Shown: positions 46,116 through 60,691, counted from the stretch's first letter. The stretch is 64,000 nt of DNA from Eledone cirrhosa (GCA_964016885.1 OZ024741.1:338024001-338088000), one strand, 5' to 3'. The notes: generated by a model from the sequence alone, not told the origin. A program made the numbers and translations.

Positions 46116-47012
46116 TTATTTGTGGTGTGCTGGGTGTGTGCTTTCTTTTTTTTCTTTTAACTTGTCTGAAGGCTTCTCCTCCTTCTTCTTCAGAAGTTGG
46201 GGGAAACTCTTCAGCGCTAGGTGGGAGGGACGTGGTGTCTGGTTGTTTTTTTTTTGCGGGAGGGGTAGATTTGTTGCTGTTTTTTTTTTATTATTTGTTT
46301 GGAATGCGTTTTGTGGTGGTGGTGGTGATGTTTGTGTCGTGCTTGTGGTTGGTGATGGTGGTGGTGATTTTTGTGTCGTGCTTGTGTTTGGTGCTGGTGG
46401 TGGTGATGTTTGTGTTGTGCTTGTGGTTGGTGGTGTCTGTATTTTGTTTGCTGTGTGTGGTATTAGTGTATTTTTGGAGGTGGGTGGTGTTGGTGTACTG
46501 TTTGTGGTGGGTGTGGGCAATAGTCCTTTTTGGGGGATACGTTTCGGGCAGTTAGCCTTAACGTGTCCCCTTTCCGTGCATAAATAGCATGCTGGTCTTC
46601 TCCCCTCTACAATTATATCTATTGGGGTGAGGTCATCCAGCCAGATGCGATCCGGGATTTGTGCTATTCTTTCGGGCCTCATTTGGACTAGTAGGTCGAG
46701 GCCCATTCCCAGGAACGCATCTCCAGATGCCTTCCCCATTGACAGCACTGTGTCCTCGCCCATGTCTATGAAGCCAGCAATAGCCCACCAGAAGTCCATT
46801 GTGGGCAGCATTGTTTGTACTTTGACTCTCTGTGTTCTTCTACCCATGTAGGAGGGATAGAAGCTGTATGTTGTTGATGAGGGTGGGCTTAGGGAAAGCT
46901 TCTGCGCCGTTTCCTTGTCTTTTGTTAAGACCGAAATGCTGCCATAGAGTCGGTCCTTTCGTATGAAGAGAATATTCTTCATATAGTCTTTTAGGACCAA
47001 CTCTATCTCCAT
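46116..47012 (-). CDS. Tx1 ORF1 segment with CCHC zinc knuckle and Pro/Thr-rich repeats
   Basis: CYLCTERGHVKANC. Confidence 0.8.
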   Translation of the reverse strand: MEIELVLKDYMKNILFIRKDRLYGSISVLTKDKETAQKLSLSPPSSTTYSFYPSYMGRRTQRVKVQTMLPTMDFWWAIAGFIDMGEDTVLSMGKASGDAFLGMGLDLLVQMRPERIAQIPDRIWLDDLTPIDIIVEGRRPACYLCTERGHVKANCPKRIPQKGLLPTPTTNSTPTPPTSKNTLIPHTANKIQTPPTTSTTQTSPPPAPNTSTTQKSPPPSPTTSTTQTSPPPPQNAFQTNNKKKTATNLPLPQKKNNQTPRPSHLALKSFPQLLKKKEEKPSDKLKEKKESTHPAHHK

Positions 47013-47789
47013 TTGGCTGGGCTGTGCTGGCTTTCTCGTTTGGTTTAATATTGTTCTGAAGAGAACTGTGCTCTCTGTTCTCGCTTTCTTGAATTATGGG
47101 GGGGAGTTAATGGAAAACATTCCGTTCTCCCCCAAGACTGTGTTTTTTTGCTTCTGCCAGTTTTTCTCTGGCGGCAGTTAAGTCTATTGGTGTATATGTT
47201 ATGGACTGTTTTGTTTCCTGGGCAAAAGTTGCCTTGTTGTTATTTGTGTTCTTATTTTCTGTTTGTTTGTTTTCCGTTTGCTCATTTTCCGTAACATTTG
47301 TTTTTTCATTTTCCTTGTTTGTTTCGTTGTCTAGTTTTGTTGTATCTATTTCTTTTTGTTCTTCAGACTTGGGGGGCGTGGCAGAGCTAATGGCAGACAT
47401 GTCTGCCATCTTTTCCGCCATGCTGCCGAGAAAGAGATTTTACAGCAAAATAGATATATATTTTACCCCCTAAAAAGGGGATAAATGTAAAAATGTTTCC
47501 CTAAATAACAGGGGTAAGTGTTTCAAATGTGTTGCACTGAAAATATTCTCTGGTACTTACTATAGTAAGGGTAAATTCCGATGGAATAGCGGAGCCGATG
47601 TGAAGCGTGTCTTACTCTATCAAGATAGATAGATAGATAGATAAAGAGAGAGAGAGAGAGGCAGACAGACAGACAGAGAGAGAGAAGTATTAATGGAAAA
47701 TTAATTCTCTTTCATCAAAGAACCGTATTTATTCTCTTACAATTGTTTCGAATGAGAAATGTCATCGAATTATTGAAATGTTGCAGATT

Positions 47790-48055
47790 ATGAAAAGTGT
47801 GTTTTGTGAAATGTCGAAAAATCAAACTATATGAAATGTATGTTTTTGAAAGTGGCGAAAAAAATTCTATTTGAAAAATGTTTTTGAAAGTGCCCCAAAA
47901 AATCTGTTTGAAAAACGTGTTGTATGAAAGGTCGAAAAAAAACCTGTATGAAATGTGTGTTTTTGAAAGAGCCGAAAAAAAAGCTATATGAAAAGTGTGT
48001 TTTTGAAAGTGGCGAAAAATATTTTATTTGAAAAATGTTTTTGAAAGTGCCAAAT
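47790..48055. repeat. Degenerate ~35-38-bp tandem repeat (tatgaaaagtgtgtttttgaaagtggcgaaaa...)
   Basis: ~7 imperfect units. Confidence 0.75.
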
Positions 48056-48285
48056 AAAATAGCCAGACACACAATGGCGAACGGGGCTATACCCAGTTAC
48101 GCCAGTACAAACCATAGCCAGACACACAACGCTATGATTTGCGAGGCGAGCGGGCCTATTTTGCTTGGGACTTCCTATGATCCTTCCTGGGTTGACAAAA
48201 TAAACTACCAGTTTTTTTAAACTCATATTCTAAACATTCATCTCTGAAACCTTTATCGTCTTTCTTACTTTATGGATTTCATTAA

Positions 48286-48383
48286 AGGTTAACTTTGCCT
48301 TTCATCCTTACTGAGTCGATAAAATAAAGTACCAGTAATGCACTGGGTTATTGCTGGCCTTGTGCCAAAAGTAGAAACAATTA
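48286..48383 (+). mobile_element. 5'-truncated SINE, same family as 19960-20140
   Basis: Matches 20040-20137. Confidence 0.85.
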
Positions 48384-48438
48384 TATATATATAAAATAAT
48401 TAAGTCAAATATGTAAAATTATTATAAATTATAGATAT

Positions 48439-48493
48439 ACTGCTATATATATTTCGGTGACAGCCATCATTGGCTGTGACCACTTCAGGCAGT
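48439..48493 (-). ncRNA. Hammerhead ribozyme, family J, with A9>U core change
   Basis: Minus strand reads actgc-CTGAAGT-ggtcacagcc-aatgat-ggctgtcacc-GAAA-tatat-ATA-gcagt. Confidence 0.75.
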
Positions 48494-49296
48494 CCGAATT
48501 GGTGTGGGAAAGACAGGTACACATGTTGTGGAAATGAGTTTTACTCCGTCAATACATCGATATGTCCAGCTCCTGGTTATGTTGTTATTCTTCTGAGGAA
48601 CTGGAATCATATGAATTCGAAAAACGAATTTCGGTGTCATAGGACACGCTCGCATCCCATTGATCAGTTGTGAGAACATTCCTCAGTCAAAAGTCTATAG
48701 AAATTTTTCTGAGGCAAGACAATCTGTTGTAGTTGTTTTTGTTTAAGTACAGCTGATCTCCTCCATTGTGTTGGTAGTGGTAGTGGTGTTAAGGGGTCAG
48801 CTGGCAGGTCAGCTTTAGTGTGCTGCTGCTATGTTCTGAAGAATTTGTGTGTGTAGGTTGGCATCCATCCTGCCACCATTTCACCTGGTATGGGGGGGGG
48901 GGGGGGGGCATATACAAAAATAAAAAAATAAAAAAATTAAAAAAATGCGTGTGTTACAACCAATATCAAAATTTGAAAGATTTGAAACATATTAACTGAA
49001 GTAGAAAACCTGTGTGTCAGAATCGAGAGGTGTAAAGAATTACAACTCTTATTTTATCATCGAGTGGTGCGTTTTAAGAACAAATGAAATAAAAGTGGAG
49101 TGTAAAACACCATAAACCTGAGTGTCAAAATCCGGAAATGCAAAGGACTACAGTTCCTATTTCCGCATAAAGTACATATGCGTGTATGTCAACGCACATC
49201 GGTGCAAGCACACACGCTTGGCAAATCACTGATGAGGGACTCATTTTATAACATGTTATCCATGTGCAACCTGCAGTATTCTTCTCCCCCTTTTTT

Positions 49297-49381
<85 letters not shown>

Positions 49382-49449
49382 GTATATATATATATGTATA
49401 TATATATATATACATATACACATACATGCAAGTATCTATGTTTGGACAT

Positions 49450-51285
49450 ATGTATAAGTATGTGTTGCTATAGGAGTCGATCGAGGCGGGAGTAGGGGTG
49501 GTGAGTGTGTAGGGGGTGGTTTACCTTGGGCTCGGTGTGGCGGGGCTACTGTCCCTATAGCTTAAGGGAAGTTCCCATCCCAATGTGTTGTTATTGTCCA
49601 TATAGCTTGAGGAAGGTCCCGGCTCTGAGGTGTCTACATGTACTGAAGAAATCGGTCCTGGGGTTTATTAGGCTGCTTCCACCGCTGAGTATCTCGAGGG
49701 TCTCGCTCAGACATAGTTTGCAGATGCCAGATCCCCCTCTATCAGGTGGTACTTTCCTGATGTTGGACCAGGCCAGAGAGTACGGGGTCCTGTCCAACTT
49801 GAGCTTCCATATCAGTTCGGAAAGAGCTGTACTTTTCCTTTTGTCCTCCCTATTAAAGGAATGGCGATTGTTCTACCATCTGTCTTTGAAGCTCGTTGAT
49901 GTGGCTCCTATGTAAAGGTGCTCAGAGTTGGGGTTTTTTACTCTACATCCGTATATTAAGTTCTTCCTGAGGACTTCATTTCTAAGGGGGCATAATGTGG
50001 GGGTTCTGCAGTTGCAAGAGGTGGTCGACCCCCGAGTGCCTAATGTGGGGTTCCCGTTGCTTATTTTAGGGTGGTCTTCTCCTGGGCTCAGTGGGGGTCC
50101 CTTGGTCTGTTTGGGTTCCCAGGGTGGGTACCGGATTCACCCTTCCTTCCCTCCACATGGCTCCGTTGGGTGCTTATATTGCCAGCTTCTGGTTGTGTGT
50201 AGTTTCTAAGTCTACCCATATTGATGCTAGCTATGTGCTACGTTGCGCGAGGTAGAATACGAGAGTTTCACAGTGTGTTCGTTTGAAGATCTTGTGGTAT
50301 CTATGTTCCCTCGGGAAGCATTTATCTAGTGCTCTAAAGAATGACCGGGCCAGGCTGTTCTTTAGGGCCGCTGAGTAGGGTGGGTTGTACCACGTGATTT
50401 TTCTACGTCTATTCTTATGTAGGTGGGTTGAACGTGCTGTGGGATGCTGGGGAGTTGATGGGTTGCTAGAGGTTCCCGCATTGTTGCTTCCCCCTTTAGG
50501 CGCTATGTGTTTTGTTAGCTTCCCGGCTCGTACCTGTGGGGCTCGTTGTTGCCCACGCTGGGAGTTCTACAATGGGATGATCCTCCATCCGTCCCGCTTC
50601 GTGTCTTGCGGTTGGAGGGGTCGGGCCATGGGATGTTAGTATCACACTTGAGACCGCTCCTCATACTGGGTTTCCTTCCATGGCTAGGCGTACGCGTCCT
50701 TTTTGCTAATGTGGTGGTGTCGGATTCATGGGGTTTAGTGGTTTCCACTCTGCCTGTAGTGGTAGGGTTCCCCCCTCCCGGATACCGTGGTTGGGGGGGG
50801 GGGTCCGATGGGCTATCCCTATCATGGCGCCTCGGATTATAGGATATAGTTTGGCCGTGTGCCGCCTTATTTAGAGCTGCGTTATAATACTCTGCGTTGC
50901 TATCGAAGATCTCCTTATTGGCGGACAGGTTGGAGATCCTGTCTGAGACACTCCTGACTACGGCCTTAATTATGGATCTAGGGTGGTTTTACTTGGCGTT
51001 AACATATACCAGTTTCTCGTTGGGCTTGTTATAGGGGTAGTATTGCTCAGTGCTCAGGTTTATGGTGGTGTCTAGGAAGTTGACTACCTTTCTATTTGGG
51101 TCTAATTCAATACTGAGCCCATGGTTCTTAAAGAAATGTCTAATTCGCCTCTTCATTCTCTCCACCATAGTGGTGCTGTGGTCATAGACTGTGAAGAGAG
51201 CATCGTCACGATATAATCCGCCGCCCAGGCAGGGGATTTCTTCTTTTATCTGCTACAGTAGGAAGAGCCCAACCAGGTTGGTTAT
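49450..51285 (-). mobile_element. Decayed, 5'-truncated Hydra-like PLE, family E
   Basis: Manual translation: NLVGLFLL, GGGLYRDDAL, VNFLDTTINL, YNKPNEKL, WYNPPY, SCNCRTP..CP, CKLCLSE..INPRTDFFSTCRH; contains stops and frameshifts. Confidence 0.88.
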
Positions 51286-51649
51286 TTTTTTAATTTGTTG
51301 CCCCCCCCCCCCGCTCACTTTTCGCACGGTATGGATGGTCTTTCGTCTTCTCGTCAATGTTCGCAAGTTCAAAAGAATCACTGACTTGATTTTCTCATTT
51401 TTCCTCTCTTTACGTTGCCTCACCATTCTTGTTTGTTCAACTGTCTCTCTTTCTCCACCCAATTCTTTTTATCCCAATAATTTATTTTAGTTATTGTTCG
51501 TGCTAGCCGGAGGTATCTGATATTTAATGCGAAGAAATACCTATGATGGCTAGTAGATCACTGATGATGGATAGTCCCGGCTTCTCTTTCTAATTTTTAC
51601 TTCATATGTATCACAATCGCAACAACACAGCACGCCATTTTCCATTCTT

Positions 51650-51751
51650 ATATATATATATACATATATATACATACATATACATATATGTATACACATA
51701 TACATATATATACATATATGCATATATATACACACATATATATATATATAC

Positions 51752-51813
<62 letters not shown>

Positions 51814-51881
51814 TATACACACACATACACACATATATATACATATATACATACATATATATACATACACATATATATATA

Positions 51882-51929
<48 letters not shown>

Positions 51930-51962
51930 CATACATATATATATACATATATACATATAAAT

Positions 51963-52053
<91 letters not shown>
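51650..52053. repeat. Degenerate (TA)n array
   Basis: Direct reading. Confidence 0.97.
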
Positions 52054-52058
<5 letters not shown>

Positions 52059-52314
52059 AAAGAATAGAGGTGTAACACACAAGTTATTATATATTGGTAA
52101 ACGGAATAGAAAATGCTGACAAATTGTTCACAGTTGAAAAATGGTTTAATTAGGAATAAAAGAGTATTAGTAATTGTATGGGTTAGTATTCAGTTGTGGT
52201 TCTAAGTTTTTAAGTTTTTACCGGTTGCGCATTTCTAAATGCTTTTCAAAAATAATTTTGAGACAGAGTGTCCGTGCTGTTTGCTCTGATCTGATTAGTT
52301 TTGGGAATTCTACC

Positions 52315-52560
52315 TGTTTTTATGTTAAAAAAGTGGCTCCAGCGCTACTTTGTTGTTGCAAAAATTCTTGTGGTCAAAACAATTTTGATTGGTCGGTAGA
52401 GGTCATGTGAATGTAAAAAATTGATTTTGAGCCAAGACTGTTTTTATATTAAAAAAGTGGCTCCAGCGCTACTTGGTGTTTGCAAAAATTCTTGTGGTCA
52501 AAACAATTTTGATTGGTCGCTAGAGGTCATGTGAATAAAAAATTGGTTTTGCGCCAAGAT
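52315..52560. repeat. Tandem duplication of ~123 bp
   Basis: aaaaaagtggctccagcgctactt...gaggtcatgtgaat occurs twice. Confidence 0.88.
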
Positions 52561-52670
52561 TGAGAAATGACTCTTTCACAACAAATATGTGTGTGTGTGT
52601 GTGTGTAGTAGTAGTAGTAGTAAGGTGTTCGATGTTGTGATAATGGTTAGCAGGGATGTGTGTCAAATGG

Positions 52671-53810
<1,140 letters not shown>

Positions 53811-53819
53811 TATATATAT

Positions 53820-54138
53820 ATCACAGAAAAAAAGAGAATGTGTTGCGACGAATGGAATGTATTGGACATATTACAATAGTTTCTCTGGCGACCAGCTCGA
53901 GGCACGACAATGTGATGATCCAACCGGACTCTGAAAATCGCAAGGTCCTCAGATACGTCTTGATTCTACGAAGCAGATTTTCCTATAGGTCGCCAGAGAA
54001 ACGATTGTAATATGTCCAATAAATTCCATTCGTTGCAACACTGATTCTTTTTTCTGCGATATCATACTCTGTTCTATGAGAGCATCGAGTGCTCATACGA
54101 CCTACCGCATACGGACGCTTTAAGCACCCAACACCAAT
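53820..54138. mobile_element. Small TA-flanked palindromic insert, family K
   Basis: 53820-53893 is inverted relative to 53988-54062. Confidence 0.75.
53865..53959 (-). ncRNA. Hammerhead ribozyme, family K
   Basis: Minus strand reads gacgtat-CTGAGGA-ccttgcga...tcgccaga-GAAA-ctatt-GTA-atatgtc; 7-bp stem I. Confidence 0.75.
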
Positions 54139-54259
<121 letters not shown>

Positions 54260-54272
54260 GTATATATATATA

Positions 54273-54799
54273 TGTCTCACAAACGGTGCCCACACCGTTT
54301 GTGAGACAGGCCGTAGCTTCAGCGCATGTTTGCGCATCATTAGCCACGGCATGCCCAGCCCTCCGTTGGAAGGGTGTTGACAGCAGACAGATCTCCTCAC
54401 CAGTGGAGCCTGCTTCTTCCACAGTAACTGGAAGAGCATGCGTTCCATCTTGGTGAGGTGTTCACGGGGACAAGGCACGACAGTCAAGCGGTAGTAGATG
54501 ACGGACGCTATGAAAGTGTTCGCCACCTCTGCTCGACCTTTCAAAGACAGTTTGCACTCTGCCCACTTCTGGGTAAGCGCAAATACCTTGGCCATGACCT
54601 CGTTCCAGTTTTTCTCCACCTGGAGATTTGGACCGAACCAGAACACGAGCAATTTCACTGGTCCTTCCGTCCAGCGTCCGACGACGCTCTCGGACGGAAT
54701 CGGTTTGCCTCTCCACGTTCCGAGTTGCAAACCGACAGATTTGTCCGGGATCAGTTTTGCTCCTGTGAACCTTCCGTATTCCTGTAGTAGGTTGCCGAT
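54273..54799 (-). mobile_element. Tx1 ORF2 internal fragment (T3)
   Basis: [28 protein letters not shown]; paralogous to T1 and T2. Confidence 0.9.
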
Positions 54800-57700
54800 A
54801 TATAGATATATTTCTTTATTTGAAACAAGGGCGCACAAGAAAAGGGGACAATATAAAGACATGCCGGGGATTTTACATACAGTCGTGCAAAAAATATAAA
54901 AACAAACAATTACAACAATCGAAATCCCCAATAGGGGGGAAGCGCCACAAATGGGTTGTTTAATACCCCGTCGATAGAACAACCCTCAACTCCAGGAGCG
55001 TGTTGTGCAAGTGCTCCTTTCTTCCTTTTGCTCTCTTCTTCAACCTACAGGCTTATAAACAGAGAAGGCCCAATCACTCGGGCCATTTTCGCTTCATTCA
55101 CCCACCTTTCAGTAAATTTACTGGGATGCAATGCCTCTCTCTCCACTCTGATTCTCCTTCTAAAGTGATACTTAAAGAAGGGAATCAATTGTTGTCCGGA
55201 GAGAAAGGCATCTGTCCTCAGTCCTCTCAATCTCGTCCACCATATAACTTATTTCACCATAGCCACCGTACAGAGGAAAACCGCCTCTCTTTCGTTTTTG
55301 AAAGAGGCTGGCGGTTTGATCCTTACTATGGACTCGGCAGTCAACTGGATTTGTCCCATACGCGACAGCAGTTGTTCTGCACAGTTCCACAGGTCGGTTA
55401 CGCCAGGGCAGTGTACAATTCCGTGCAGGACTGTTTCAATGTCCTTCGCGCATCTTGGACACGTCCTCTTGGAAGGATCCCTGCCGGGGCGTCCGTGCCT
55501 GTATATCTTGTCACGAACCGGTAGAGCTCCTCGGTAGCACTGCCAGGCCAGGGACCTCTGGGAGTTGTCCATAGCTCCCGGGCGGAAAGTCCTACTAAAC
55601 AGACTGGTGAGCTCATCGTCTTCGACGCCCAGAGTCTCTCCGAGCACGTCGTCGCCCTTGTAACGTAAAATACCTCGATAGAATGTCGAAGTGGAGTCTC
55701 CACTGATTGCTGCGCCCGCTTGCCAGAGGACTGTGAGCGCCCGAGCGCATTCAATGTGCCAGGTGCCCATCGTTTTCGGTCTTTTCTTGACCGAGGATTG
55801 CAGCTCCGTCAGAGAGGCGAGCTGTGGGATAGCCTGTCTCACAAACGGTGCCCACACCGGTTGGTCGGTGAGGAATACCTGAAGATGCCGTAGCCTCAGC
55901 GCACGTTTGCGCATCATAAGCCATGGCATTCCCAGCCCTCCGTTGGAAGGGTGCTGACAGCAGACGGATCTCCTCACCAGCGGAGCCTGCTTCTTCCACA
56001 GAAACTGGAAGAGCATACATTCCATCTTGGCGAGGTGTTCACGGGGACAAGGCACGACTATCAAGCGGTTGTAGATGACAGACGCTATGAAAGTGTTCGC
56101 CACCTCCGCTCGACCTTTCAAGGACAGTTTGCACTCTGCCCACTTTTGGGTGAGTGCAAACACCTTGGCCGTGACCTCGTTCCAGTTTTTCTCCACCTGG
56201 CGGTCTGGACCGAACCAGACCCCGAGCAATTTCACCGCTCCGTCCATCCAGCATCCGACGACGCTGTCGGACGTCATCGGTTTGCCTTTCCACTTACCGA
56301 GTTGCAAACCGACAGACTTGTCCGGGTTTAGTTTTGCTCCCGTCAGCGTTTCGTATTCTTTCAGTAAGTTGCCGATCACCCCCATTTTCGAGGTGCTCAA
56401 CACCATTACCGTAACGCTTTGCGCAGTCCCCGTTCTAGAGGGATGCCCTGCAACAGCTCCAATTTCCGCAGTAGTGGCTCTAGAGTCAATACATACAGAA
56501 TGGAGTAGAAAGGGCACCCTTGTCGAATGGAACGCGTGATTGCGAACTGCTCCGATAGGTAGCCGTTCACCTTGACACTTGAGCAGATTCTGGTGTGCAT
56601 CGCCTCGATCCAGCCTCTGAAACGGGACCGAAACCGGCCGCCTTGAGAACCGCTTCCAAGTATCGATGGTCGACCCTATCGAATTCCTTAGACTGATCCA
56701 AATTGATCAGAGCCCCACCGAAGCCGGGTTTACTACCCACCCTCTCTATGATGTATCGCATGAGGTGGAGGTTGTCGTGTATGGATCTGGTCGGGATTGC
56801 ACACGTTTGCAATTTCCCTACCAGGTTCTCGACGACAAGCGCCAACCTCGGCGCTAGCACCTTGGCCAAAATCTTTAACTCTGTGTTGAGCAGAGTTATG
56901 GGCCTGAAGTTGTTAATTTCGTCCCCCTTGTTCTCGTCTTTCCTGATCAGCGTTACTACGCCCTTGCATGCAGAACTGGGAATTCTCCCGTTCTGCTGCC
57001 AATTGCAGTAGACGGCTTCGAGGACGCCAGAGAATAAGTCCGGAATGCCTATGTAAAAGTCATAGGGTAGACCATCTAGACCGGGTGACTTGCGTTTCCC
57101 GCAGTCACCCAGAGCGTCCCGTATTTCAGTGTCCGTGATCGGTCTTTCGCAGATCTCGGCGTCCGTGTTCGAGAGACGCGGCAGGCCGTCGAGGTATGAA
57201 CTAAAGTCCATTGCCCCGTTCGACTCACCGTCTTTCTGCTCAAACAGTCGCACAAAGTGATGTTGAAAGGCCACGCACATTTGTTTGGAGTCAAGTAGCA
57301 TGCGTCCGTTTTGGTCTTTCAAAGACCGAATCGTGGACTTGTTGCCACTTTTTGCCTCCGCCACTCGGGCCCAGCTGACAGCTTTCGCTCCTTCGTTTCC
57401 TAGAGCACGTGTTTTGCTTCTGACCACGCAGCCTTTGTGTTTCGCATCGAATAACTGGTCCAGTGCTGTTCTCGACGCTAACACTCTAGCCGCGTTGCCA
57501 CTTCTAAGTGCCTCCTCTACCTTGGCTACAAGTTCTCTTTCTAGTTTGTTTTTCTCTAAGGCTAACTCTCTACTAAACCCTATCGATTCTATTCTAATTG
57601 CTTTCTTGAGAGAGTACCACCATCTATTGTTGACGATGGTTCCCGTTAACTGTTGCTTGTCTAGTCTACTGATCCGTTCACTGTAAGCTTTACGTGCCGG

Positions 57701-60617
57701 CAACGACACGTTCAGCTTCCAGTATCCGGGTCCTTGTTTATGTGTTCACTCACGGTTGACTAAGCAGACGACTAATTTATGATCTGAATAGGCAACCATG
57801 TGCATTCGTGGACAGCTTAACATCTCCTTGTCCCTTTCTCTAATGAAGAACCTATCTAAATACGATCTAGATGTCCCACTGCGGTTTACCCACGTCCACT
57901 GTGGTGCAGTCGGGAAATCCAGTCGATACCTATCGGCCAGTTGGAATTGGCCGATTAAAGTTTTGAGGCTGTTGCACCCCGCTCTACTGGGACATGCTCC
58001 CACATAGTCCCATCGTGCATCTAGGATACCATTCCAGTCCCCCACTAAAAGTAAGGAGCGAGACGTTCCCAGAAAAGACTCTAGACGCTTAAAGAAGTCT
58101 GGCCGTGATTGCGATAGCCCGGTCGGGGCATAAACGGCCACCAGTCTGAAGGCTCCACCTCCGATACTGTTCACGTCTAGGACTACCAGTATACCCTCCG
58201 GGTCCAAGTGTACTTGCTGTACTCCGACGTCCAGGTTCTTCCGAAACATAACAGCCACTCCACCTCCTGGCTGACAGAGAGATGCGTAGATCTCAAAGTC
58301 GTCGAAGATGGGGGTTAGTTGCTGCCTGTTGTGGATTCTGGACACGGTGATGGCTATCACATCCATACTGTGTGACCTAAGGTCGTTTAAAAGTTGGCCC
58401 TGTTTCCAGGGCATCCCTAGGCCACGCACATTCACGGTTCCAACTCGTAAACCAGCCATGTTGGTGAAGAAAAGTTGGAGAAAAAGGACGAAAGGTGCAC
58501 TTACCTTTTCGTTTCCTGGAAATCGGGTTGTTCAATCTCCATTTGGGTGCTGGATGGGGTGTTAGGTGGGGTGGGAAACCTTTCAACGGGACGCGGTTGA
58601 TGGCTTTGTGGCAGGGGTTGCCCACGTCCTGTGAAAATTTAATTTTTAGCTCTTTATAGGTTTCCATAGAAACCCTTATAAGTTTAAGGTGTGGAGACGT
58701 TTCTGTCTTGACGAAAGTTTTGCCCTCCGTCTCCACCTTGGGGTTTTGGGAGATGACCTCTATCAAACTCTTGTTGTTTGTGTTGATGTATGCGTATTGT
58801 TGTTTGTGTTTTTGTTGTGTTGTTTTAGTTTGTTGTTCATCCGGGAGTTTTCTTTTTATGGTGGGTGCTTGTGTTTGGGGTGGTGTTGGTGCTGGTTTTG
58901 CTGACAGGGGGATGTTTGACTGTGGTGTTGTTTGTGTCTGTGGTTGTGTGTTGGTGTTGGTGATTGGAGTTTGGGGGGTTTTGTGGTTTCTCTTTTTTTG
59001 TTTTTTAGATTTCCGCGGTTCTCCCTCTTCTTCACTTAAAGAAGGAGAAGCAGCTTCATCCGTCGATGAATAATCATCGTCAGGTGTGTGGGGTAAGGGT
59101 ATGTTGTGTGGTGGTGGTGGTGTGTGGTGGTATGTGTGTTTGTGGTAGTGTTTGATGGAGTGGGATGGAGTGGGGATGTGTTCTTCAGGGGTGTTGTCTC
59201 TGTTTTTTCTGTTGTTGTTGGTTGAGTGTCTGTTTGTTTTGGTGTGGTTGCTCGTTTCGTCTGTCGTTGTACTTGTGGTGGTGGTGGTGGTGGTTGTTGT
59301 TTTGGTGTTGGTGTTGGTAATAGCGTTTTTTTTATGATGTCGTTGTTGTGTGTTTGTGGACAAGAGGCTTTTAGGTGAGATGTGCTACCACAGCGAAAGC
59401 AGTGAAATTTTCGTCCTTCTACCGAAATGTTTATTTTGTTGTTATTATCAATAACGACTCTTTCGGGTATTTTGGAGATTCTCTCCGGTCTCGTTTGCAA
59501 CAGAATCCCCAAATCAGTACCCGCCCACCTTTGTCGAATAGACTTTCGTATCGAAAGAACCATATCAGTTTCTGGCTCTACGAAGCCAGCCAAGATCCAC
59601 CAGATGTTAATGTTTGGGTGCATTTTTTTGTGTCCTTTTTCCCATGTATGTAGGGAAAAAGGTAAATGCTATTGACACCATTGGTGTCACAGAATGTTTT
59701 TGGGCGAGTGCCTCGCTTTTAAACAATACGGAAACACTTCCGTACTGTTTTCCTCGTTGGACAAAATCGATATTTGCTAGAATTTCCTTGAAAGTAGCTT
59801 CTATATCTGCTTGGCTAAGAAATATCGGCTTTCTCGTGGAATTGGACTCAGTCCTAAAGGTGACTGATCTTCGAACTGTGTCTTCCTTTATTTCAAGGGG
59901 TGAGTTAATTCTAAACCCACACTTTTCTTCGAAAGTTATAAATTTTCTCCCATGCTGGAGCATATCTCTTGCATTGGAGATGTCAAGATTTATAAAATCT
60001 TGTTTTTTGTTCACTGTTTCAGCGAAAGACATTTTCTTTTTTTTGTGTGGTGTTGCTGTTGTTGTTGTTGTTGTTGTTGTTGTTATCGTTGTTAGCCTCG
60101 GTGTTGGAAATCTGTTCCTTGACGAGGTGAAACATTATGTGTAGATGTATCTGTGGAGTTGTTGATGTCTTTTTCATGTGTATGTATGTTAATAGGTTTA
60201 ATTTCTGTGTTTTCATGTGAGTTAAGTGTTATTTTTCTCCGCTTCGACGGTAGAAATTGTACAATTTTCGAGTGGTAACATTTTTTCCTCTTTGTTGACA
60301 GTCGTATCTATGACGATGTCCATAGTAGCAGAAGCAGATATAACGTTAAAATCTGCCTCTTTCTCTCTATTTTCTCTGTTTACGTTCTCCAGCGTTCTTG
60401 TGTTGTTCAAGTTATATAGTTGGCAAAATGTGATATTTTAAAACAATTTTTAAATAAAATGTTCGCCCCTAAAGGGGCGAAAAATGGGTTTACCACCCAG
60501 CTGACAATTCAGCTTGGGGGTTAATCTACAAAATTATACGTTTTTTCAAACAATTTGTTCTGTTTTTCGTATATAAATTTACAAAAAATCTTACCGGCGA
60601 TGTTTCACGCGTCAGAC

Positions 60618-60622
<5 letters not shown>
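54800..60622 (-). mobile_element. Full-length, frameshifted Tx1/L1-clade LINE (T2)
   Basis: ORF1 pieces 59607-60032, 59036-59623 (CFRCGSTSHLKASC), 58377-59363; ORF2 pieces 57746-58459 (APE: TVNVRGL, VYAP, GDWN, SDH), 56567-57709, 55249-56517. Confidence 0.92.

Positions 60623-60690
<68 letters not shown>
60623..60690. repeat. (GATA)n at the T2 5' junction
   Basis: Direct reading. Confidence 0.97.

Positions 60691-60691
<1 letters not shown>

Larger units (their letters stand above)
42068..47623 (-). mobile_element. Near full-length Tx1/L1-clade LINE (T1), frameshifted
   Basis: ORF1 pieces at 47107-47421 and 46116-47012; ORF2 APE-RT-CCHC from ~45700 to 42357; GATA tracts on both sides. Confidence 0.92.

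Noticed and set aside
49229-49260. CTGATGA as a hammerhead core
   Set aside because: No downstream GAAA/stem III or closing stem I was found
51561-51600. CTGATGA as a hammerhead core
   Set aside because: No matching GAAA-NUH half before the TA array
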